This document shows, in pieces, positions 58,007 through 64,000 of a stretch of 64,000 nucleotides of DNA. The stretch lies in contig JAFQRE010000042.1 in assembly GCA_017410245.1 (NCBI GenBank), forward strand, positions 69,827-133,826, in the 5' to 3' direction. Numbering within the stretch: the first letter of the stretch is position 1; every line of letters starts with the position of its first letter. Made by a program: the position numbers and the translations under genes. Origin of the DNA: Bacteroidaceae bacterium. Lineage in GTDB: Bacteria > Bacteroidota > Bacteroidia > Bacteroidales > Barnesiellaceae_A. The notes beneath the pieces were generated by a model. The model was given only the letters and a program-made list of their open reading frames with translations, had not been told where the DNA came from and did not search any database.

Positions 58007-58021
58007 GTTCTTTCAAGTAAC
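58007..58021. repeat. right arm of the 15-bp inverted repeat (GTTCTTTCAAGTAAC)
   Basis: Exact reverse complement of 57726-57740. It ends 26 nt upstream of the upxY-like ATG. Confidence 0.8.
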
Positions 58022-58047
58022 AGTGCACCAAATATTCTCTATTTGCC

Positions 58048-58638
58048 ATGAACGACATAATAGGTAGTACCGAGATATTCAATAAGGAAGGTTCGCTTGT
58101 TACTGTGACAAACGGCCGCGAAGCGTATCCGAGGCGTTGGATTGCAGTCCTCGTTCAGGTAAATTGTGAGAAGAGAATAGCTACCCTTTTAGGCAAAGCA
58201 GGATACGAAACATACATACCTACTCAGCTTGAAGTGCACCAATGGAGCGATCGCAAAAAGAAGGTGCAACGCATCATAATGCCCATGGTGGTTTTTGTAC
58301 GTGCTGCCAAAAATGAAGAAAAATGGTTGCTAAATCAATCATACATACACAAACTCATTGCTCTCCCCGGTAGCAAAGAGGCTATGAACAAGTGTGCAAC
58401 CCCCATACCCGATGCTCAGATAGAGCGTTTGAAGTTCTTGCTCGAAAACGCAGAAACGGAGGTGACCATTGTGAGCAGTCTGAAAGTAGGTGATATGGTG
58501 CGTATTGCTGCAGGTCCGTTGACCGGACTCGAAGGTGTAGTTAGTGTAGCAGAAGATAAGAATACAATTGTGGGTCTACAAATTGATGGGCTTGGCTATG
58601 CCTGTGTTCGTATTCCCATTGACTATTTAACCCGATAA
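58048..58638 (+). CDS. UpxY-family (NusG-like) transcription antiterminator
   Basis: NGN-type N-domain (RRWIAVLVQVNCEKRIATLLGKAGYETYIPTQ...MPMVVFVR) and C-terminal KOW (VGDMVRIAAGPLTGLEGVV). Confidence 0.8.
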   Translation: MNDIIGSTEIFNKEGSLVTVTNGREAYPRRWIAVLVQVNCEKRIATLLGKAGYETYIPTQLEVHQWSDRKKKVQRIIMPMVVFVRAAKNEEKWLLNQSYIHKLIALPGSKEAMNKCATPIPDAQIERLKFLLENAETEVTIVSSLKVGDMVRIAAGPLTGLEGVVSVAEDKNTIVGLQIDGLGYACVRIPIDYLTR

Positions 58639-58647
58639 GAGATAAAT

Positions 58648-59316
58648 ATGAAATTTGCGCTTGACAATGTCTATTGTAATATGACCGACAAGGAACTTGT
58701 CGATCTGTCAATTAAAGGAAATGACGAGGCCATACTATATCTCCTGTATGTGAGATATGAGAAGGACTTGAAGTTTTATGCAATGAGATACTATGATTCG
58801 TTGGAGTATCTTGATGAATTGACCCATGAGCTCTTTATACGACTCAAGGGTACGAATGCCGATTGCAAACCATTGGATAATTTCCAATGGAGGAGTTCGT
58901 TTAGAACTTGGCTCTGCAGAGTCGCATCAAATCTTTTCTTAGAAAAAAGACCCCAAATGATAGGTCTGAATAGTGATAGGAACTCTAATGGTACAAACGA
59001 TGATGATTTATCGAAGCTGCCCGAACCCCAACCTGAGCCGGTTAATGAAAAACTGGTGATGATATTGGAAGCCCTCAATCGAATGGAAGACGATGAGTAT
59101 CGCTTCATTCTCATCAAAGAGCTTGAAGGATACAATCATAAAGAGATTGCCGAGATGCTGGTTGCCAGAAGAGAAAAAAAGAATATAGTAAAATACTATA
59201 ATGGCAATATAGTCGTTCCTGATGCTTCCTCTGTTGATAGGGATAAGGCAAGGGCTATTAATAAACTCAAAGTTATTGTAGAACAGATTAAACAAGAGTG
59301 GTATGGAAATGAGTGA
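58648..59316 (+). CDS. sigma-70 family (ECF-like) RNA polymerase sigma factor
   Basis: Region-2-like THELFIRL...FRTWLCRVASNLFL and region-4-like FILIKELEGYNHKEIAEML with an insert. Confidence 0.7.
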   Translation: MKFALDNVYCNMTDKELVDLSIKGNDEAILYLLYVRYEKDLKFYAMRYYDSLEYLDELTHELFIRLKGTNADCKPLDNFQWRSSFRTWLCRVASNLFLEKRPQMIGLNSDRNSNGTNDDDLSKLPEPQPEPVNEKLVMILEALNRMEDDEYRFILIKELEGYNHKEIAEMLVARREKKNIVKYYNGNIVVPDASSVDRDKARAINKLKVIVEQIKQEWYGNE

Positions 59317-59644
59317 TGAACTGATTGCTTGTTATGTAGAAGGAAAAGTAACTCCAGAGGAGCGAAATTTTGTCAGAAAGTATCTATGTGAGCACCCCGA
59401 GGAATATGAATGTATTCTTAGCTTGATAGATAATGATACTGAAGATTATTTAGGCCAACAACTGCCAATATCGGCCGATTGCATATCGATGAACGAAACG
59501 TCATTCTCCGATATTGCATATTCGGCAGCGGCATTTGCCCCGGAACAAAACAATTTGTCTATTCATAAACCTAAATCAAATTTACCCGATGTAAACGGAA
59601 TATATGATAGGTTGCGTAGATTGAGTGATGAATTAGATAAATGA
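59303..59644 (+). CDS. anti-sigma-factor-like small protein, no TM segment
   Basis: Overlaps the sigma stop by 14 nt. The N-terminus LIACYVEGKVTPEERNFVRKYLCEHPEEYECILSL resembles the zf-HC2 anti-sigma N-domain pattern. Confidence 0.4.
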   Translation: MEMSDELIACYVEGKVTPEERNFVRKYLCEHPEEYECILSLIDNDTEDYLGQQLPISADCISMNETSFSDIAYSAAAFAPEQNNLSIHKPKSNLPDVNGIYDRLRRLSDELDK

Positions 59645-59678
59645 TACTTTTTACAAATTTTTTATTGAGTGAAAAATT

Positions 59679-60014
59679 ATGAAAAAGATTGCGATTTTTG
59701 TAGCTATAGTATTGTCTGTAGGATTGTGTATTTCATGCCGAAATTCATCAAATACCAAACTTTTTGTAGATAAGGCAGTTAAAGAATATCGAGCAGCTAG
59801 TAAAAGTGATGCTGTACGATATTTGAAAACACAAAACAGAATTAACCAAGCAGAAAGATTGATTGATAATTATTACTCATCATCTTCATGCAGTACATGT
59901 AATGGATATGGTGTTGTTTATCAAGTTGATGCATATGGAAACGTAATTACCGACTATTATGGTAATACAATCTACTACTTTTGCCCGACATGTGGAGGAT
60001 CTGGTAATTATTAA
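59679..60014 (+). CDS. exported lipoprotein with two DnaJ-type CxxCxGxG zinc-finger motifs
   Basis: Signal peptide MKKIAIFVAIVLSVGLCISC. C-terminal CSTCNGYG and CPTCGGSG. Confidence 0.6.
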   Translation: MKKIAIFVAIVLSVGLCISCRNSSNTKLFVDKAVKEYRAASKSDAVRYLKTQNRINQAERLIDNYYSSSSCSTCNGYGVVYQVDAYGNVITDYYGNTIYYFCPTCGGSGNY

Positions 60015-60094
60015 AAAATTATTGAAGGTCATGTAAGCATAGAAGAGTGAAACTTCGTCAGACAATATCTATACAAGTCATCGGAGAAATATGA

Positions 60095-60904
60095 ATGAGT
60101 AGTATGCCCTTTACAGAAGGATATAAAATACTGAAGAGTAAGGCCCAACAGGCTGTTATAACAGTGAAAGCCTCTAAATTCTTTCCTAAGATGAAAAGAA
60201 CTACACTTCCGTATGCCTATCCTTGCAAAAACTATTTAGACCCAATACTTTCTAACGAAATAGTTCACTCGGCATTGCAACTATTTGTAGATACCAATTG
60301 TAAAAAACAGATTCAAAATATAAAATCAACCGGACAGTTGGTTACTAAAGATAACTATCCGCAATTTTACAATCTGCTTCAAAGTTGCTACAAATCGTTG
60401 AATGTAGAGGAGGTACCGGAAGTTTATATAACCGGTAAACTGAAAGGAATAAATGCCTTAAGTGTAGGAACAGACTCAGCTCCGCTCATTCTCGTTAGCA
60501 GTAAATCGGTAGTAGGCCTGCCCGAGGGAGAGCTGAAGTTTATGATAGGGCACGAATTGGGGCATATCCTTCAGAAAAATCTGATGTGTCATACGATCAA
60601 AGGACTTTTGGATAACTTAAACAGAAAATCAGATGTTTTCGGGCCTATAGTATCCGATATAATCGAAGTCCCGCTCAATCAGTGGTATAGATGTGCCGAA
60701 TATACAGCCGACCGTGCCGGACTGATATGTTGTGGAAGTATATCGCACGTGAAATCGTTATTCACACGATTGAGCAATAGTGCAATGCGACCCAACAACC
60801 AGATAGAAAAATACTTCGAGTTGAGCAATATACACCCATTGTATAATAGTCGAATAGAAATGCTCGAGCAATTCGTTTTGTCGCAACAAAAAGATATTGT
60901 ATGA
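60095..60904 (+). CDS. M48-family zinc metallopeptidase, no obvious TM segments
   Basis: HEXXH (IGHELGHI) and a downstream glutamate ligand in EYTADRAG. An alternative start is at 60104. Confidence 0.75.
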   Translation: MSSMPFTEGYKILKSKAQQAVITVKASKFFPKMKRTTLPYAYPCKNYLDPILSNEIVHSALQLFVDTNCKKQIQNIKSTGQLVTKDNYPQFYNLLQSCYKSLNVEEVPEVYITGKLKGINALSVGTDSAPLILVSSKSVVGLPEGELKFMIGHELGHILQKNLMCHTIKGLLDNLNRKSDVFGPIVSDIIEVPLNQWYRCAEYTADRAGLICCGSISHVKSLFTRLSNSAMRPNNQIEKYFELSNIHPLYNSRIEMLEQFVLSQQKDIV

Positions 60905-61731
60905 TAAAAAACAAGAAAATATTAAAAGGGTTGAATAACTCGCAATACGAGCACCCATTCGACCAGAAAGCACTACTGGCTCTGCAAAGCACCCCCGGCG
61001 TGGACTTGGTGGGAAACTTCATCGTCAAGCATGCCATCGAGAAAATATATACCGTACAATATACCGGAAGTAACTTGAAGGTAACAAGTCAAAACTATCC
61101 CAAGATATACGAATACCTTCAGTATGCTTGTCAAATCTTAGATTTACCCCGAGTGCCCGAATTGTATATCGAGTGGGGATATAACATAAACGCCTTTACC
61201 GTAGGATCTGAAAATCCTATCATCGTATTGAGTTCGGGTCTAATCGACTTGTGCGACGACGATGAGATAATGTTTGTCATCGGTCATGAGTGTGGCCACA
61301 TCAAGAGCAACCACATGCTCTACCACATGATGGCACAAGCCCTCAACATCTGCATCGATAATATACCCGGTGGAAACTTAGTAGCAGCACCATTGCAGTA
61401 TGCCCTATATTATTGGAATAGAATGTCGGAGTTTACTGCTGACCGTGCCGGATTGCTCAGTTGCCAAAATATGACAGCAGCCATTGGCGCATTTATGAAG
61501 ATGGCCGGTATGCCCATCAAGGAATTCAACAAAATGAATTACCAGACATTCATTCAGCAAGCCATAGACTTCAAGCAACTCGATTACGACGCCATGAGTA
61601 AAGTCATCAAGTTCATATCCATAGCCGATGCTTCGCACCCATGGACCGTAATGCGCGCTGCCGAACTCCTCAAATGGGTCGGCGCCGGTGAGTATGATAG
61701 AATCATCAATACATACCGCGCCTTGAAATAA
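60901..61731 (+). CDS. M48-family zinc metallopeptidase, paralog of the previous gene
   Basis: IGHECGHI and EFTADRAG. ATGA overlap with the upstream gene. Shares PE(V/L)YI and INA(L/F)xVG blocks with its neighbour. Confidence 0.75.
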   Translation: MIKNKKILKGLNNSQYEHPFDQKALLALQSTPGVDLVGNFIVKHAIEKIYTVQYTGSNLKVTSQNYPKIYEYLQYACQILDLPRVPELYIEWGYNINAFTVGSENPIIVLSSGLIDLCDDDEIMFVIGHECGHIKSNHMLYHMMAQALNICIDNIPGGNLVAAPLQYALYYWNRMSEFTADRAGLLSCQNMTAAIGAFMKMAGMPIKEFNKMNYQTFIQQAIDFKQLDYDAMSKVIKFISIADASHPWTVMRAAELLKWVGAGEYDRIINTYRALK

Positions 61732-61842
61732 TTGGCTGGAGGAGGGGTGTATACAAACTAATTAGATGACATGACTATTTTGTATGGATAATTATAGAAA
61801 TTGAAGTTGTAATATATAAGTAACAATTTAAAATAATGCATT

Positions 61843-64000
61843 ATGCCTTTACAGCAACAAATTGAGACAATTATTACAAAGCGCCGTATGAATCAAGGTG
61901 AATTTGTAAGCTATTATGAGAAGACTTCGGCCATTTATGATTTTGTTAATGGAGTAAAGTCCTTTAAGTCAAATCCAGGTTGGCTTACAATGATTAATGA
62001 AAATGAGAAACTTAGGCTTGAGTGGGAAACACTAATAGCAGATGTAAATGAACTTGAACTTTTATTGAAAGATTTAAGTTATGGAGATACAGGTTGTTTG
62101 ATTGAATGTTTGAAAAGAGTAAAACGAGAGTATTTGAACATTGGGTGTATTGGACCTTGGCGTCAAGGTAAAAGTACAGTCATATCTAAACTAACAAATC
62201 TCAGCGATTATATCATACCCCGCTCAAAATATCTTACATGTACTGGTACAACTATAAATGTTTTTAATGGAAACCAAGTTGTTTGGGAAAATAATCAATA
62301 TGTTGAAAAAGACGGCAATAAGGCTGTACTCTATTTCCATTCATTTAATAGCATTTGCAAAACAATAAATGAATATTTAGTACAATTGGGTTTTTCACCA
62401 ATGCCATATGCTTTAACAATTGAGAGCTTTGTGCAGAATTGTTCGAAATGTTATAAAGAAAATAGCTATAAAGCTGGAAATGACACTGAATTGAAGAAGA
62501 TGCTGGATAAATATCTCGTTCATGCAAGTGAATATGCACCTTTGTTAAAGCAGAAAGATGGGCTATCAGAGGAAATTTTGAATCTTTCAAGTATTGAATC
62601 TCAACAAAAACTACGTCCATATGTATCATACTACGAGAAAACAGATGCAGAATATGAGCTTGAAGGTATTACCACTCCAGTCCAAAAGTTTATAGTTTTA
62701 GCAGTAAAAAAGGTTGATATATTTACTCATTTTCTTGTTAATGGTGAAAATGGTCCAGAAGAGGTTGGTAGGATACAATTTGTTGACACCCCTGGTATAG
62801 GTGAAAGCAAACTTGAGGTCGCCGAGACTTTAGCAAATGCGTTAAGGTCCGATTTAGATATTGCTATTTGCCTTCGCAAGGTATCAAATCAAAGTGGAAT
62901 AATCCCGACTGATAGTTCCGATTTTCATAAGGTGCTGAAGCAGAATACCTTTGGAAGAAATCCTGAAAACTGGGTGTTCTATTTATACAATAAAGAAGGT
63001 GATGTGGCTCATGATATTCTTATGACAACATTTTCTGAAGTTAATGGAGATCTCATGAATACACCTGTTCAGGGCAGAAATGTTAATCAAATTATTCCTG
63101 GCATTAAGCTTAAATACACACCACAAGAGCCTAAAGGGAATCACATTGATTTTATTGATGTACAAAGAGAAGAAGAGAAGTTACAAAAATATTTCCTATC
63201 TATTCTTACGGAAATGGCTACAACTATTTCTGTGTCAGATAATGCTTTTTACAATGAAACTCGTGATTTGTACAACAAGGTTTCTAATCTTTACCAAAAT
63301 ATCATTGGTGGAAGTATGAAAACCATATCGCAGTGCTTGCCTACATTTGACGATAGAGAGAAAATCCTTAAGACTATCAAGGCCGTAAACAATATGTGGA
63401 TGGCTAATGTTAAGTGCCCTGAAACTCTCAGCGAAAATATAAATGCAGCATTAGTTGATTTTTATAAGGAGCCATATGGTGTGGTGTTGGCTGAAGTCTT
63501 GGGGCTGTCTCCTGAGAAAATTAAGAAAATGAGTGATGAAATAAAAAAAGTTGAAAATAGTGCTGAATTAAAAATAGGAGAACGTATTGCAAAGAGAAAG
63601 CAGATAGCTTATGATGCTATCTTCCCATTGATACAAAACAAAATAACATCTTTCACAGTAGATGTCTTGGCTGTACATAGTGTATTTGGCGAAGTTTCCG
63701 AAAAATTATCGAACCGGATGAGTGAAAGAGCTGTCCGAATAATTGAAGCTACTGATGCGATAAAGAAACTTGATGACCTAAAAGAGAATTTTTGGCTAGG
63801 GTTTATGAATGAAGGGTTATTAGGTTTTGGTAAAACAGATGTAAATAGCTGGATTAATTATTTCTTAAGTCTTCTTGAAGAAGGAGGTGCTGATTTTGCA
63901 GCTCTACACAATGCTATTGTCAACTTCAAAAATTGTCAATTTGATATTAGGGGTGATATATCAAAGTTTGTCAAGGCTACTATAGAGGAAGTGAGAAAAA
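61843..64000 (+). CDS. dynamin-like large GTPase, 3' end outside the window (at least 719 aa)
   Basis: My own translation from ATG 61843 is stop-free to nt 64000. It is not in the ORF track because no stop is reached. P-loop IGCIGPWRQGKSTVISKL and dynamin-type G3 IQFVDTPGIGE, followed by a long helical region. Confidence 0.7.
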   Translation, partial: MPLQQQIETIITKRRMNQGEFVSYYEKTSAIYDFVNGVKSFKSNPGWLTMINENEKLRLEWETLIADVNELELLLKDLSYGDTGCLIECLKRVKREYLNIGCIGPWRQGKSTVISKLTNLSDYIIPRSKYLTCTGTTINVFNGNQVVWENNQYVEKDGNKAVLYFHSFNSICKTINEYLVQLGFSPMPYALTIESFVQNCSKCYKENSYKAGNDTELKKMLDKYLVHASEYAPLLKQKDGLSEEILNLSSIESQQKLRPYVSYYEKTDAEYELEGITTPVQKFIVLAVKKVDIFTHFLVNGENGPEEVGRIQFVDTPGIGESKLEVAETLANALRSDLDIAICLRKVSNQSGIIPTDSSDFHKVLKQNTFGRNPENWVFYLYNKEGDVAHDILMTTFSEVNGDLMNTPVQGRNVNQIIPGIKLKYTPQEPKGNHIDFIDVQREEEKLQKYFLSILTEMATTISVSDNAFYNETRDLYNKVSNLYQNIIGGSMKTISQCLPTFDDREKILKTIKAVNNMWMANVKCPETLSENINAALVDFYKEPYGVVLAEVLGLSPEKIKKMSDEIKKVENSAELKIGERIAKRKQIAYDAIFPLIQNKITSFTVDVLAVHSVFGEVSEKLSNRMSERAVRIIEATDAIKKLDDLKENFWLGFMNEGLLGFGKTDVNSWINYFLSLLEEGGADFAALHNAIVNFKNCQFDIRGDISKFVKATIEEVRK

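Noticed and set aside
1-64000. CRISPR arrays, rRNA genes and IS/transposase genes
   Set aside because: I saw no regularly spaced direct repeats, no rRNA-like stretch and no transposase-like ORF on either strand.

Overview
The window looks like a Bacteroidales (Bacteroidota) chromosome segment. The evidence is recurrent TAnnTTTG -7 promoter boxes (12491, 12716, 15797, 23397, 32581), T9SS C-terminal sorting domains, a UpxY-type NusG paralog and WG-repeat lipoproteins. It has four zones. (1) 1-4461 is an AT-rich defence islet. It holds a 5'-truncated AbiLi/RloA-like ATPase, an RloB/AbiLii-like protein, a start-less hsdS half-cassette, a full-length inverted hsdS and a tyrosine recombinase. A perfect 20-bp inverted repeat links the two hsdS copies, which fits a phase-variable type I R-M specificity shufflon. 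(2) About 4462-22896 is a compact phage-like element with a portal-like gene, a holin/amidase/u-spanin-like lysis cassette, a 1354-aa tape measure and an integrase next to tRNA-Ser. I cannot recognise a terminase, major capsid, repressor or replication gene in it. It also carries three ORF-free segments (about 1.7 kb, 0.27 kb, 0.6 kb), two of them bounded by terminators, that are candidate ncRNAs or leaders. (3) 23136-57371 is ordinary core: T9SS cargo proteins, ECF sigma, copA, aspA, dnaG, an ABC-2 transporter, hemW, an EF-G paralog, a two-component system, PBP4, rsmI, pfkA, tRNA-Lys, smpB and WG-repeat proteins. (4) 57430-64000 is an AT-rich island. Perfect 15-bp inverted repeats flank a 266-bp segment that carries a leftward-facing TAnnTTTG box, so this is a candidate inverton in the OFF orientation. 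It sits in front of an operon: upxY-like, sigma-70 family, anti-sigma-like, exported CxxCxGxG zinc-finger lipoprotein, two TM-less M48 peptidase paralogs, and a dynamin-like GTPase whose open-ended ORF is absent from the supplied track. The best candidates for something new are this putatively phase-variable UpxY/sigma/M48/dynamin operon and the terminase-less, ncRNA-rich phage-like element. All calls come from motif recognition by eye; no database search or RNA folding was run.
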